Positions 30,724-41,502 are shown, counted from the first letter of the stretch. The stretch: 64,000 nt of DNA from Truepera sp. (GCA_965218435.1 CBDCKW010000009.1:1696001-1760000); one strand, 5' to 3'. Notes: generated from the sequence alone by a model not told the origin. Made by a program: numbers and translations.

Positions 30724-31883
30724 AGCTGTTTTGTATGAAGCTGTTTTTTTTACCGCTCCTTTTCATCAGCTTGAACGTTGGTGGGGTTTTGGCTGCGTCC
30801 GCCATACCCGCACAACCGCAAACCTTGCAAACAAGGCCGCAAGCAACAAACCAGACGAACGCCCCGGCAGCTGTCGCCGACAACGCGGTACGGTCGTGGC
30901 TTAAACGCCCACCGCTTAACCCGGCTAGCCTCGCGGGTCTCCCCGCTGAAGAGGTGTGTAGGGAGCTGCCGACCCTGCTCAACAATCCTGCCCCACCTGC
31001 CGGGACAACCGTTAACTTTCAAAACCGCGTCGCCCGCGAAAACACCCAGACCACGCGCCGCTACACCTACCCGATAACGTTTCCCGGCAACCGTTTGAGC
31101 GTGCTCGAGGTCACCTTAAAACGTCAAAACGGACGTTGGCAAGCCCAAAACGTCGGGGTGCAAACTGCAAACCAAGCTCCAACGATTCCGGCCGTATTGC
31201 AAGGCCCCGCCGCCGCCTGGATTTTTGCGGCCTTCAGCCTGGTATTTTTGTATCTGCTCGTGCGCCCATCATTTTTTCGCCGCTGGCTCGCTGAGGGTTG
31301 GGGTTACCTACGCGAACACCGCCGCCTCAGCGTCATCACCGTCTTGCTCCTCTACGGGCTTTTCGGACTCGGCGTCTTTACCGGGGCGAACCTGCCTCCG
31401 GTCTGCGCTCAGACTGTAACGCAATTTGTTGAGCAGGGCGTTTCGCAGCTCGGTGCGGCGCAAGCCTACGAAAGTGGGAACGTCGCGCGGGCCGCCGTCG
31501 TCACGCTTTATCAAAACTTTGTGATGGGAACCATCGTTACCACCTACGGCGTCGCCTTCGTCTCGTTCGGTGTACTCGCCTATGTCCTTAACGCTGCCCG
31601 CTTTCTTGTGCTTGGCGTTCCCTTTGGCTTTTTGACGCAGAGCAGTCCCGCAACGCTTCTCTCGGTCATCATTTTGATCTTGATCGAACTGATGGCCTAC
31701 GTGCTGGTCACAGCAGGCGGCGGGATGCTCCTCGTTACACTGATTCGTGGCGGCTTTCCGGCATTTCGTTTGGCCTTTCGCAAACTGACGCTCATGCTCC
31801 CTATCGCCTTTTTGCTGCTCGTGATCGGCGCGTGGTACGAAGCGGCGGTTATCATCTTGCCGCGGCTGCTAGGCGGGAACTAG
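30720..31883 (+). CDS. Exported domain fused to a SpoIIM-like multi-TM domain (start may be ATG 30735)
   Basis: Signal peptide, soluble region, then TM region with IELMAY and LLLVIGAWYEA pattern. Confidence 0.65.
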   Translation: MKLFCMKLFFLPLLFISLNVGGVLAASAIPAQPQTLQTRPQATNQTNAPAAVADNAVRSWLKRPPLNPASLAGLPAEEVCRELPTLLNNPAPPAGTTVNFQNRVARENTQTTRRYTYPITFPGNRLSVLEVTLKRQNGRWQAQNVGVQTANQAPTIPAVLQGPAAAWIFAAFSLVFLYLLVRPSFFRRWLAEGWGYLREHRRLSVITVLLLYGLFGLGVFTGANLPPVCAQTVTQFVEQGVSQLGAAQAYESGNVARAAVVTLYQNFVMGTIVTTYGVAFVSFGVLAYVLNAARFLVLGVPFGFLTQSSPATLLSVIILILIELMAYVLVTAGGGMLLVTLIRGGFPAFRLAFRKLTLMLPIAFLLLVIGAWYEAAVIILPRLLGGN

Positions 31884-31888
31884 ACCTA

Positions 31889-32767
31889 TCATTCAAGCTG
31901 CAAAATGCGGCGTAGTGCCGGGGTGACCTCGAGCAAACTCGTCGCGCCCCTCAACACGTCAGCGTGCGGGCCGACAGCCAAAAGCGGCACCGGATTACGG
32001 GTGTGGCTCCGCGTTGACTTGTCCTCTAAGTTCCCGTGGTCAGACGTTAACAAGAGCGTCGTATCACCGAGCGCCGAAATCACGCCAGCCAAAAAGCCGT
32101 CGAGTTTTTCAACGAGCTTGACTGCTTCGGCAAAGGTCCAGCGGTGACCCGCAGTGTCTGAAAGCCAAAAGTCAAAAAAGGTCAGGTCGGCTTCGCCTGC
32201 GAGCCGCGCCAGCCGTGCTCCGGCCTCAGCGAGTGACTGGGGTGCGCCCAAGTACTGCCCGTCGAGGTCGGCGCTGACGGCGTTTCCGGCGTCGTAGTCG
32301 GCTTGCGTTAAAAGCCCTACCCCGGCCCGCTGCGCCGCGTAAACCGGGACATTGACCTTTTGCTTGCCCGTCTCGAGTGCCCGAAAGTAACCGGGCGGAA
32401 AGGCGTTGGCGAGCACCACGCTGCCCCCGGTAGCGACGACTTCAGAGAAGATCGTGCCTTGCTCGAGCACGCGTTTAAGCGTCGGCCCCGGCCACGGCCC
32501 GTAATGCCGCCCCATCAGCTCAGCCCCGTTCAGTCCTGTTAAAAGCGTCGTCTGACCCGTGGCAGACTGTGGTAACCCGTCTTGCGAGAGCGTCGCCGAG
32601 AGAGGCCGGAACTGCAGGTTGGGCTGGTCAACAAGGGTCCGCTCAGCAGTCAGCGGGCCGCCGAGCAGAGACGAAAGAAATGGCGTTTGCGCCGCCGCGA
32701 ACGGATTGACGGTCGGCTCGGACGTACCGAGCCCAACCCCGTCCAAAAAGAGAAAGAGAACGCTCAG
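31889..32767 (-). CDS. Alkaline phosphatase-superfamily metalloenzyme (phosphoglycerate mutase-like); probable CTG start
   Basis: VLFLFLDGVGLG, PQSATGQT, DTAGH, TSDHGN and HTRNPVP. Confidence 0.85.
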   Translation of the reverse strand: MSVLFLFLDGVGLGTSEPTVNPFAAAQTPFLSSLLGGPLTAERTLVDQPNLQFRPLSATLSQDGLPQSATGQTTLLTGLNGAELMGRHYGPWPGPTLKRVLEQGTIFSEVVATGGSVVLANAFPPGYFRALETGKQKVNVPVYAAQRAGVGLLTQADYDAGNAVSADLDGQYLGAPQSLAEAGARLARLAGEADLTFFDFWLSDTAGHRWTFAEAVKLVEKLDGFLAGVISALGDTTLLLTSDHGNLEDKSTRSHTRNPVPLLAVGPHADVLRGATSLLEVTPALRRILQLE

Positions 32768-33801
32768 CTCAGACCCGTAGCCGCGCGAACCCTAGTCATT
32801 GTTGCAGCAGCAATCTCACGGGCACGTTCGGCGCTACTCTCTAAAATACGGTGCAACCCCGCCTCGTCCGCCATAATCTCGGCGTAACGCGTCTGCAAGG
32901 GTTGAAGCGTCGCTAAAATCTCGCCGAGGAGCGCCTTCTTAAGTGCCCCGTAGCCCTGACCGTCAAGCTGCGCTTCGATGTCAGCCATTGGCATATCCGT
33001 CAGCACTTTGTAGAGCGACAAGAGATTTTTGACCCCTGGCGAGGCCGTCTCAAACCGGGTGTCGCGTCCCGAATCGGTCACCGCCGACATCACGGTTTTC
33101 TTGATCGTCTTTTCGTCATCGAGCAAGTTAACGGCGTGCCCCGGCTGCGTTACCGCGAGGCTTTTGCTCATCTTGACGGTGGGGTCGTCAAAACCCATCA
33201 CCCGCGCACCTTCTTCGGGAATGGTCGCGTTCGGCAACACGAAAGTCTCACCGAACATGTTGTTAAAACGCGTAGCGACGTCTCTGGTAAACTCGACGTG
33301 CTGGCGTTGGTCGTCACCGACCGGAACCGAAGTCGTGTCGTAGAGCAAGATGTCAGCGGCCATCAGCGTGGGGTAGGTTAAGAGCCCCGAACCGACACTC
33401 TCGCGCCCTTCGGATTTAGACTTAAACTGCGTCATCCGGTAAAGCCAACCGAGTGGGGTGAGGCAGTTCAAAACCCACGCGAGTTCGCTGTGTTCGCGCA
33501 CGTGCGACTGGATAAAGATCAGGTTCTTTTCGGGGTCGAGGCCCGCAGCGAGGTACAAGGCGGCGACCTCTAAAGACTTCTCCCGCAACACCGCCGGGTT
33601 GACCGCTTCAGGGACGGTTAAGGCGTGCAGGTCCACCACACAAAAGATGTTGTCAGCTTCGTCTTGGCGGGCGACCCAGCCTTTAAGTGCGCCCAAATAC
33701 GTGCCTAAATGCAGGTCGCCGGTCGGTTGGACGCCGGAAAAAACGCGGTTGCGCTTTTTGGCCACCTGAGAGGTAGAGATTTTTTCAGCAGCTTGCGTCA
33801 T
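32764..33801 (-). CDS. trpS: Tryptophanyl-tRNA synthetase
   Basis: SGVQPTGDLHLG, VPVGDDQRQH and KMSKS. Confidence 0.97.
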   Translation of the reverse strand: MTQAAEKISTSQVAKKRNRVFSGVQPTGDLHLGTYLGALKGWVARQDEADNIFCVVDLHALTVPEAVNPAVLREKSLEVAALYLAAGLDPEKNLIFIQSHVREHSELAWVLNCLTPLGWLYRMTQFKSKSEGRESVGSGLLTYPTLMAADILLYDTTSVPVGDDQRQHVEFTRDVATRFNNMFGETFVLPNATIPEEGARVMGFDDPTVKMSKSLAVTQPGHAVNLLDDEKTIKKTVMSAVTDSGRDTRFETASPGVKNLLSLYKVLTDMPMADIEAQLDGQGYGALKKALLGEILATLQPLQTRYAEIMADEAGLHRILESSAERAREIAAATMTRVRAATGLS

Positions 33802-33899
33802 AAGGTTAAGTATAAGACCTGAGCGAAAGTCAACGTGACGTTAGAGCGGTAGCGAGCCCAACCGGTCGGCATGTTTGTCCCAAGCCTTTGTAAAACGAC

Positions 33900-34640
33900 C
33901 TAAAGCTCAGCCGCCAACGCTTTAAGTTGCGTCCCACCGTCTTCGACCACACCACCGTGATAGGTCAAGACGGTTCCCACATCCAGCTTTGCCAGCTTAA
34001 CGACCGAAGCGTGCGCCTCGGCCATGTCAGGTGTAGCTCGTTCCGGCGGTCCCAGCAGCCGACCTTCTGAAGAGGCCAACGCGTCGCCACTGATCAGTAC
34101 GCGGCTCCGCTGCAAATACAAGCTGATATGACCCGGTGTGTGACCGGGCGTAAAGATTACCTGGACGCCGCCCCCTAGCTCGAGCCTCTCCCCGTCTTCT
34201 AACGTTCGGTTGACCGTGACAGGCGCAAGCGGCTGGCTAAACGCTTCACGTACCTGCGGCGGCAGGTTGGCGAACATAGCTTCGCGCTGCTCGGGTGAGG
34301 GCAGCTTGAGCAGCGGCAAGCGCCCTTCGATATAGGGTGCGTCGTCCGCGTGTGCCAGCACCTCAGCGCCGCTGACGCGGACGACCTCGGCGAGTGACCC
34401 GATGTGGTCGAGGTCTTGGTGAGTCAGAATAATGCGCTGCAGGTCCGTAACCTTTAGCTGCAGCTCGGCGAGCGCCGCTTCTAAAGCGTCCAACTGACCG
34501 GGCACGCCGGTATCTACCAACGTAGGGCCGTGCTGCTCATCTAAGATCAGCGCCAAATTGAGGGTCGTCGGGCCGTTCATCATCTCGGTGGTCAGCGGCA
34601 AAGCGTACAGGTCGTCACTAACTTTGACAGGTTTTGTCAT
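33900..34640 (-). CDS. MBL-fold metallo-hydrolase
   Basis: THQDLDHIG, TPGHTPGH, SGDA and YHGG. Confidence 0.9.
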   Translation of the reverse strand: MTKPVKVSDDLYALPLTTEMMNGPTTLNLALILDEQHGPTLVDTGVPGQLDALEAALAELQLKVTDLQRIILTHQDLDHIGSLAEVVRVSGAEVLAHADDAPYIEGRLPLLKLPSPEQREAMFANLPPQVREAFSQPLAPVTVNRTLEDGERLELGGGVQVIFTPGHTPGHISLYLQRSRVLISGDALASSEGRLLGPPERATPDMAEAHASVVKLAKLDVGTVLTYHGGVVEDGGTQLKALAAEL

Positions 34641-34811
34641 GAGGTGCCTCCGCTACACACCATACGAGTTCTTTTAGCGCGTTCTGTTGCTCGGCCTTGC
34701 ATTTGTGGAGCCGTCTTTTTGCCTAACAGTGTCACACTTCTGAAAGATGCCCCTTCCCCAAGTGCGAGTTTAAGGGACAAACTTCCCGCATTTGAAGCCG
34801 TAAAATAAGGC

Positions 34812-35645
34812 ATGGTCAACCTGATGAGTTTGTGGCGGCTCGAGCCCCTTCCCATTGCAGCGACGCTCGTCGCGGTACTCTTTTACACGCTCGGTACCGG
34901 CCCGCTCAGAGCGCGCTTCTTTCCAGGTGAAGCCTACCCAACCAACAAAGCCGCGCTGTTTTACCTCAGCATGGCCCTGCTCACGCTGATTTTTGTCTCA
35001 CCGCTCCACACCATCGGTGAGCTGTTTTTACTCTCCGCTCACATGCTGACGATGATGCTCGTGATCTTTGTCGTCGCACCCATTTTTTTACTCGGCGTCC
35101 CCGGTTGGCTGATCGCGCCCGTGGCGCTCCACCCCATGATCAAACCGATCTTGCGCTTTTTTACGCGCCCGGTTGTAAACATCATCCACTTCAACCTGGC
35201 GTTTTTAATCATCCACATCCCTTTACTCCTCAAAACGCTGATGTTTACCGGCGATTTGCTGCACTATTACACGTATTTTGCGATCTTCGGCGCGGCCGTC
35301 CTGATGTGGTGGCCGGTGATGAACCCGCTTCCGGACGCACTTCCGAGCCCGTCATACAAAGTGCAGCTCATCTACTTAGTGGTGTTAATCTTCGCGCACA
35401 ACCCGTTTTCAACCATTTTTTCGTTTTCGACCGGCCTGATCTACCCGTGGTACGAACGCACCTCGCAGCTGGTCGGCGTTTCGGCGCTAAAAGACCAGCA
35501 GCTCGCCGGGGTGATTATGGGCGTGCTGTATATGACGGTTATGCTGATTGCGATTGGGACGGTGTTTGTGCGGTGGTTTAGTGGTCGGGGCGAGCCAACA
35601 CAGGCACTTGCGAGTGAAGGGGGGCTCGAGGCCGCTCACGACTAG
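34812..35645 (+). CDS. ctaG: Cytochrome c oxidase assembly factor (caa3-type CtaG)
   Basis: SPL...LLSAHM, MWWP and DQQLAGVIM; multiple TM segments. Confidence 0.8.
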   Translation: MVNLMSLWRLEPLPIAATLVAVLFYTLGTGPLRARFFPGEAYPTNKAALFYLSMALLTLIFVSPLHTIGELFLLSAHMLTMMLVIFVVAPIFLLGVPGWLIAPVALHPMIKPILRFFTRPVVNIIHFNLAFLIIHIPLLLKTLMFTGDLLHYYTYFAIFGAAVLMWWPVMNPLPDALPSPSYKVQLIYLVVLIFAHNPFSTIFSFSTGLIYPWYERTSQLVGVSALKDQQLAGVIMGVLYMTVMLIAIGTVFVRWFSGRGEPTQALASEGGLEAAHD

Positions 35646-35820
35646 GTTGTATTAGCGTCTGCTCTTGTTATCCTGCTTTAAGTACGTGAGAGACGCTGGT
35701 TTCATTGTTTAGATAGCGGTTTAGTTAGCGCCTCCCTGCTTCCTGCTTGATTCTTGCTTTTTTGGTGTGACGCGCTGCTCACGACGCTCGCTGTCTTTAC
35801 AACGTCAACAGAACTTGGTT

Positions 35821-37344
35821 TTATTCTCCCTCGAGCACCCGCCTGCGCCGTTTGGTCACAACACTTACCACGAGCGGCGCGACCAGACTCGCCACGGTCA
35901 AGCCCCAAAAGGCCAGCGTGATAGGCCCGGTAAAAAAGGTGGTCCAGTCGCCGTTACTGAGCGCGAGCGCCCGCCGCAAGTTGACCTCCATGAGACTCCC
36001 CAGCACCAGCCCCAAAATAACCGGGGCCAGCGGAAACCCCGTTTTGCGCATCAGAAAGCCGAGCAAGCCGAAGCCGGTCATCAGTAAAAGGTCAAAGGCG
36101 CTGTTATTGACGGCGTAAACACCTACAAAGCTGAGGGTAGCGACGAGCGGCATCAGGACCCATTTGGGCACGAGCAGGATGCGTGCAAAGACACCGACCA
36201 GCGGCAAGTTGAGCACCAACAGCATGAGGTTGCCGATAAACATCGAGGCGGCCAGGCTCCAAAAGACGTCGGCGCGCGTTTCTAAAAAGAGCGGTCCCGG
36301 CGTTACGCCGAGGCTTAGCAGCGCCGCGAGCATCACCGCCGTCGTCCCACTCCCGGGTACGCCCAGGGTCAACATCGGGATAAACGCGCCCACCGCCGCC
36401 GAATTGTTGGCCGATTCGGGCGCAGCGACGCCGCGGATGTCACCCTTACCAAAGGTGTTGTGACGGTCAACCAGCTGCTTTTCGGAGGTGTAGGCGATAA
36501 AGCTGGCGATCGTCGCGCCCGCACCGGGCAAGACGCCGATCAGAAAACCCGAGATGTTGCCGCGCAGCATGGTGCCAAGGGCCGACCGAAACTCCTTCGC
36601 GCTTACAAAAACGCGCCCGATACGCGTTTCGACCTTCTCCTCGCCTTGGCCGCTCAGCCGCTCAACCAGCGCCTGAATCACCTCGCTGATGGCAAAAAAG
36701 CCGATGGTTACAACGACAAAATCCATACCGTCTAACAGCTGCAACTGCCCGAAGGTAAAACGCGGCACTGCGCCCTGAGAATCTAAGCCGACTGTCGAAA
36801 GAACCAGGCCGAACACGGCGGCGGCGATAGCTTTTAAGGTGCTGCCCCCGGTGAGACTCGAGAGTGACGAAAACGCAAAGATCATCAGTACGAAGTATTC
36901 TGCCGGACCAAACTTAATCGCCCACTGCGAGAGTAGCGGCGCGAGCAGCATCAGCCAAAAAATCGAGAGCGTCCCGCCAAAGAACGAGGCGATAGCCGAC
37001 ATCGCGAGTGCCGGTCCCGCACGTCCTTGCTGCGCCATCGGGTACCCGTCGAGCGCGGTTACAACCGCCGACGCGGTGCCGGGGACGTTAAGTAAAATCG
37101 TGCTGATCGAGTTGCCGTACTGCGAGCCGTAATAAATCCCGGCAAACATAATAAGCGCCGAGGTCACGGGCAAACCGAGCGCAAAGGTGATAGGAATTAG
37201 AATGGCAATGGCGTTGATCGGGCCGACACCCGGTAACATACCGATTACGGTGCCGAGAAACACCCCGATAAACGCAAGTAAAATATTGGTAGGTTGCAGC
37301 GCGATGGCAAAACCATTGCCCAAAAGTTGAAAGATTTCCGTCAC
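35821..37344 (-). CDS. tctA: Tripartite tricarboxylate transporter, large permease
   Basis: GMLPGVGP, NVPGTASA, DGYPMAQQGRAG and APESANN. Confidence 0.93.
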   Translation of the reverse strand: MTEIFQLLGNGFAIALQPTNILLAFIGVFLGTVIGMLPGVGPINAIAILIPITFALGLPVTSALIMFAGIYYGSQYGNSISTILLNVPGTASAVVTALDGYPMAQQGRAGPALAMSAIASFFGGTLSIFWLMLLAPLLSQWAIKFGPAEYFVLMIFAFSSLSSLTGGSTLKAIAAAVFGLVLSTVGLDSQGAVPRFTFGQLQLLDGMDFVVVTIGFFAISEVIQALVERLSGQGEEKVETRIGRVFVSAKEFRSALGTMLRGNISGFLIGVLPGAGATIASFIAYTSEKQLVDRHNTFGKGDIRGVAAPESANNSAAVGAFIPMLTLGVPGSGTTAVMLAALLSLGVTPGPLFLETRADVFWSLAASMFIGNLMLLVLNLPLVGVFARILLVPKWVLMPLVATLSFVGVYAVNNSAFDLLLMTGFGLLGFLMRKTGFPLAPVILGLVLGSLMEVNLRRALALSNGDWTTFFTGPITLAFWGLTVASLVAPLVVSVVTKRRRRVLEGE

Positions 37345-37415
37345 GGTCGTACCTACCTTGATGAAATAGTCAAGCTACTACGTTTTTTACGGCCAGATAT
37401 TACAACCTAACGACG

Positions 37416-37901
37416 CTACCGCCCGCCGAAGATGCTGCCTACAGGCAGAGGAATACTAAGCCCAAAAACGAACAGAGCGTAGAGGCTTAAACTCACCAGC
37501 AAACCTGTTAGCAGAGCTTGCCAGAGCTTTGCGCCGAAGCGTTGGCTGATAAAGCCTGTTTCTAAGGTCGTCGCGGCGATAAAGCCGATAGGGATCAGAA
37601 GAAAAGCGTAGGCGACAAAACTCACTAACAAGAGCCCCGTGTTTAGCCAACCGCCGGGCGTAGGCCACCCTACCGTCTCGCTCGCCGGAGCCTCATCCGA
37701 GGAGTCGCTATCGGGCAACGCCTTGTTCGCCGAGGGTGAAAAGAAGATAGCGATACCCGTTAGACCCAAGATGACTGCCAAGAGCAGCGGAAAGCTCCTC
37801 GGTGTGATCGGGCCGGAACCGAAGCCGGATTTGAGGCCCAGCGCCTCAAATCCGTACCAGAGCGCAAACGCTAGGGTCAGTGCGCCCGTCACGCGGTTCA
37901 T
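37416..37901 (-). CDS. tctB: Tripartite tricarboxylate transporter, small permease
   Basis: PRSFP, four TM segments and C-terminal LSIPLP; lies between tctC and tctA. Confidence 0.88.
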   Translation of the reverse strand: MNRVTGALTLAFALWYGFEALGLKSGFGSGPITPRSFPLLLAVILGLTGIAIFFSPSANKALPDSDSSDEAPASETVGWPTPGGWLNTGLLLVSFVAYAFLLIPIGFIAATTLETGFISQRFGAKLWQALLTGLLVSLSLYALFVFGLSIPLPVGSIFGGR

Positions 37902-38869
37902 TCCTGGATGAGCCCCAGCTGCTGCGAAATCTCCTGTATCTGAGCGACCTGCTCGTCAACAAACGTGGTAAAGTCCGCGCCGAAACTCTCGAAAGCCGAC
38001 AGACCGTTTTGCTCGCGCAGCGTCGCCCACTCTTTAGAGTCAGCCACCTTACGCACCGCCTCGACCCAGTAGTCGTACGCCTCATCCGAGATGCCGGGGG
38101 GCGCGTAAAACGCACGCCAGTTGGTGCCGTCAACCTTATACCCGGCTTCTTGAGCGGTGGGGACATCCCCCAGCGCGTCAATCCGGTCAGGCCCGAGAAT
38201 ACCCAGCACCCGGATGTTCCCCGCTTCAACCTGGCTTAAAACCTCAGACGCGTCGCCGGTAAAGGCCGTCACGCGTCCGCCGATCAGCTCGACCATCGCC
38301 GCGCCGCCGCCATCAAAAGCGATATAACGAACCGCTTTGAGGTCGTCTATACCCGCCGCCCGCGCCAGCAAGAGCACTTTAAGGTGATCCCAACCACCCG
38401 TGGCGCTGCCCCCGGCAAAGGTAACGTCACCCGGAGAGGTTTTCATCGCCTGGACAAAATCCTTCAGGTTCTGATAAGGCGAGTCTGCAGCGACGGCGAT
38501 GACGCCGAAGTCCGCGCCGACCGCGCCGAGCCAGCGCACGTCCGCCGCGCTAAATCCGGCGTAGACGTTTTGCGCCAAGCGCGTCGCGGTCGAGGTGCTC
38601 CCGGCTACGATCAGGTTGTCGTCACCCTTGCGCTGGGTCACGATATTGGCAAAGGCGATACCGCCACCGCCACCGGCCATATTGGTGACCTGCATCGTAC
38701 CGGGGATAAGCCCCAACTCTTTCATCACCTGAGCGCCGGGGATGCGGCAGGTAAAGTCCCAACCGCCACCGGGGTCTGCCGGGGCGATACACTGCGTATT
38801 TTTCGGTTCAAACTGAGCCAGCGCGGTGCTGGCGACGAAGACCAAGCCTAAAATCCATAAACGCTTCAT
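37898..38869 (-). CDS. tctC: Tripartite tricarboxylate transporter, substrate-binding protein
   Basis: Signal peptide, APADPGGGWDFTCR and NWRAFYAPPG. Confidence 0.92.
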   Translation of the reverse strand: MKRLWILGLVFVASTALAQFEPKNTQCIAPADPGGGWDFTCRIPGAQVMKELGLIPGTMQVTNMAGGGGGIAFANIVTQRKGDDNLIVAGSTSTATRLAQNVYAGFSAADVRWLGAVGADFGVIAVAADSPYQNLKDFVQAMKTSPGDVTFAGGSATGGWDHLKVLLLARAAGIDDLKAVRYIAFDGGGAAMVELIGGRVTAFTGDASEVLSQVEAGNIRVLGILGPDRIDALGDVPTAQEAGYKVDGTNWRAFYAPPGISDEAYDYWVEAVRKVADSKEWATLREQNGLSAFESFGADFTTFVDEQVAQIQEISQQLGLIQE

Positions 38870-38904
38870 GACGCCTCCTTGGGGTACTGAAATATACTTC
38901 AGGA

Positions 38905-39315
38905 TTACAGTTGAGCTTTTAGGAGCCTATCAGATACGCTAGAGATATGCAACGCTTGACCAACTTTGGAGCCGCCCACGATCAGCTTTTGTAGCTCTGA
39001 TTGATTGCGTAGAGAGAAAGCCTTACAGCTGCGCAAATGAGTATGACCGAGAGCTGAGAATTGCTCCACAGAATTCGAGTCGGATTGTCCAGTGGATTTT
39101 CTAGGTCTACAAGGTAAGGAAACGGCGGGCTGTCCGGCATACCGATACAGGCTGCTCGAGTCCTGCACAATAAAGTAAACCAGAAGCCTAAGTTTAACCT
39201 GTCCAAGCTCCGCCCGGTCATCAACTTGGGTCGGAACAGCCAAAGAACCCAGCACGAGCCAAACAGCCACGAAAAGCATAGCCACCTCTTTGACGGTACC
39301 TTTCAGTACAACCAT
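38905..39315 (-). CDS. Hypothetical protein (AT-richer, N-terminal hydrophobic stretch)
   Basis: ORF fills the gap and has AGGAG upstream; no recognisable motif. Confidence 0.35.
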   Translation of the reverse strand: MVVLKGTVKEVAMLFVAVWLVLGSLAVPTQVDDRAELGQVKLRLLVYFIVQDSSSLYRYAGQPAVSLPCRPRKSTGQSDSNSVEQFSALGHTHLRSCKAFSLRNQSELQKLIVGGSKVGQALHISSVSDRLLKAQL

Positions 39316-39351
39316 GTCTTATACTCCTAGCAGTCGCTACCGGTAAAGCAG

Positions 39352-40857
39352 TTAGGGAAGCTCGAGCACCCCCAGCCCCAACTCCCCTAACGTCAAGGTC
39401 TCCCCCACCGTTTGCCCGGTCAAAAGCTCCGTTGCACCCACATAACTTGACGTATCAACCTGCGTCTCATCGTCAAAGTTTGCCAAAATGACGACTTGTT
39501 CACCCCCAAACTCGCGGACAAACTTGAGCACTGACTGGTTAGCTTGAGGGACTAATCTGAGCGTCCCTTGTGACAGTGCCGCGTGCGTATTGCGCAGGGC
39601 GATAAGCTTTTTGTACCAGTTCAAAACCGAATTTGGGTCGGCGGCTTCAGCCTTGACAGTAAGCGTTTTATCGTCGGAGGAAAAGGCGTACCAGGGCGTT
39701 CCCGTCGTAAAGCCGAAGCTCGCGGACGTGTCCCACGGCATCGGCGTGCGTTTTTCTTCGTCGGCATCGCCGGAACCGTTGGGAAGTCCGAGTTCTTCAC
39801 CGTAGTAGATAAACGGCGTTCCCGGCAAGGTCAACAGGAGTCCGGCGGCGAGTTTAAGCCGCGCCTCGTCACGTTTTAAGAAGCCTAAGGCCGTACCGGG
39901 CCGAATCTGGTCATGGTTGGAGATAAAGGTCGCCTGATGTGCGGAGGCGGGATAGAGGGCGTTGTCTTGCGCCAAAACATCTATCAGCGCCCCCGGTTTG
40001 CGGTCTTGTACGGATTCTATCAGCGCCGAAAAGAGCGGATAATTAAACGCGTAGTCGAGTCCGGTGCGCTCAAAGTAGCGCGCAATCGTCTCGGTATCCG
40101 TCCAGGTTTCACCGACCAAATAAGCGTCCGGGTTGACGGCGTGGATAAACTTTTCAAACCGCCCCACCCACGCGAAGTTTTCCGGGGTGTTGGCAAACGC
40201 GCCGGTTGAACTCTCGATGATGTGCTGAATGGCGTCTACCCGAAAGCCGTCTACGCCGAGCCCCAGCCAATACCGCGCCACGCCCTCCATCTCCTGCATC
40301 ACCGCCGGATTGCAGTAGTTGAGGTCGGGCATCTCGCTCCAGAAAAGACCCAGGTAGTACGATCCGTCAGGAGCTTGATGCCACGCAGGGCCGCCCAGAC
40401 CGCGCCAACCGGGATCGGTCTTAGAAAAACTATAAAATTTGCGATATTTGGGATTGCCCGCCTCCGCTTGTAAAAACCACGGATGCTGTGACGAGGTGTG
40501 GTTAACAACCAAATCCATCACCACGTCCATGTTGCGTTCGTGGGCAGCGGCTACAAAAGCTTTGAAGTCTGCCAGCGTCCCGTAGTCGGGGTTGACGCCC
40601 TTATAATCGGTCACGTCGTAGCCGTGGTAGCTCGGTGACGGGTGCAGGGGCATCAGCCAAATCCCGCCGACGCCTAAACCTTGCAAATAGTCGAGCCGCT
40701 GCGTTGCGCCTTTAAGGTCGCCTACGCCGTCGCCGTTACTGTCTTGAAACGAACGCAAAAAGATTTCGTAAAAGACGGTGCCTTCGGCGGGCCGAGCGTG
40801 AGCCGCGCCCCCAAGACCCATAACGAGCGCCAGCCAGACCAACAGATGTTTTGTCAT
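39352..40857 (-). CDS. Secreted GH13 alpha-amylase family glycosidase
   Basis: DSNGDGVGD, DLVVNH, DGFRVDA, VGE and SNHD. Confidence 0.93.
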   Translation of the reverse strand: MTKHLLVWLALVMGLGGAAHARPAEGTVFYEIFLRSFQDSNGDGVGDLKGATQRLDYLQGLGVGGIWLMPLHPSPSYHGYDVTDYKGVNPDYGTLADFKAFVAAAHERNMDVVMDLVVNHTSSQHPWFLQAEAGNPKYRKFYSFSKTDPGWRGLGGPAWHQAPDGSYYLGLFWSEMPDLNYCNPAVMQEMEGVARYWLGLGVDGFRVDAIQHIIESSTGAFANTPENFAWVGRFEKFIHAVNPDAYLVGETWTDTETIARYFERTGLDYAFNYPLFSALIESVQDRKPGALIDVLAQDNALYPASAHQATFISNHDQIRPGTALGFLKRDEARLKLAAGLLLTLPGTPFIYYGEELGLPNGSGDADEEKRTPMPWDTSASFGFTTGTPWYAFSSDDKTLTVKAEAADPNSVLNWYKKLIALRNTHAALSQGTLRLVPQANQSVLKFVREFGGEQVVILANFDDETQVDTSSYVGATELLTGQTVGETLTLGELGLGVLELP

Positions 40858-40875
40858 AACTGAGTTTAGCAGCCT

Positions 40876-41502
40876 TTAACAGTTCTCGGCTGCGGGCGTT
40901 TCGGTACGCTTAACTGACGGAGCCAAGAGCTCGAGCGCCCCCCGATACCGCCCCTCGATCAGCGTTTTGGCTTCAGGCAGAAGTTTTTGGTAGCTACGCT
41001 CCAGCTTCGCCCGAACCCACGCAGTGCCCTCGTCTATGTCCAACCCTTTACGAATATACGCGAGGTGTAAAAGCGACGGCACCTGCAAGATATGCGCCGC
41101 CGCGTCAGCCGAGGCGAGTACACGGGCCTCGAGCGTCTGTGGCTCTAACTGTGGCTTAAGGTTTTGACTGGCCCGGTGAGTCAAGATACAGGCGGCGACC
41201 CGTTCAACCCGAGCTTCGGGGTAGTTCAGTGTTTTTAAGAGCTCTCGAGCCAAAGCCGCGCCGTGCAGGTGGTGGTCGGGCTCGAGCCTTACATCTTTAA
41301 TTCCGGCGTAATCGTGCAGCAAAGCGGCGAGTTCAACGATTTCAACATCGGCTCCGGTTGAGTCAGCCAGCTCACGGCCGAACCGCACCACGCTCACCAG
41401 GTGGTGCGTCCAGATGCCGTAACCAAAGGTGTTCGCCGGGGCCGCGCACGCCGCTTCGACGAGTTTGCTGACAGCAGCGACGATCTCAGATTCACGCATG
41501 AG
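40876..41502 (-). CDS. HD-domain protein
   Basis: HHLVSV, ALLHDYA, HHLHGA, ILTHR and SADA; exact start uncertain. Confidence 0.85.
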   Translation of the reverse strand, partial: LMRESEIVAAVSKLVEAACAAPANTFGYGIWTHHLVSVVRFGRELADSTGADVEIVELAALLHDYAGIKDVRLEPDHHLHGAALARELLKTLNYPEARVERVAACILTHRASQNLKPQLEPQTLEARVLASADAAAHILQVPSLLHLAYIRKGLDIDEGTAWVRAKLERSYQKLLPEAKTLIEGRYRGALELLAPSVKRTETPAAENC

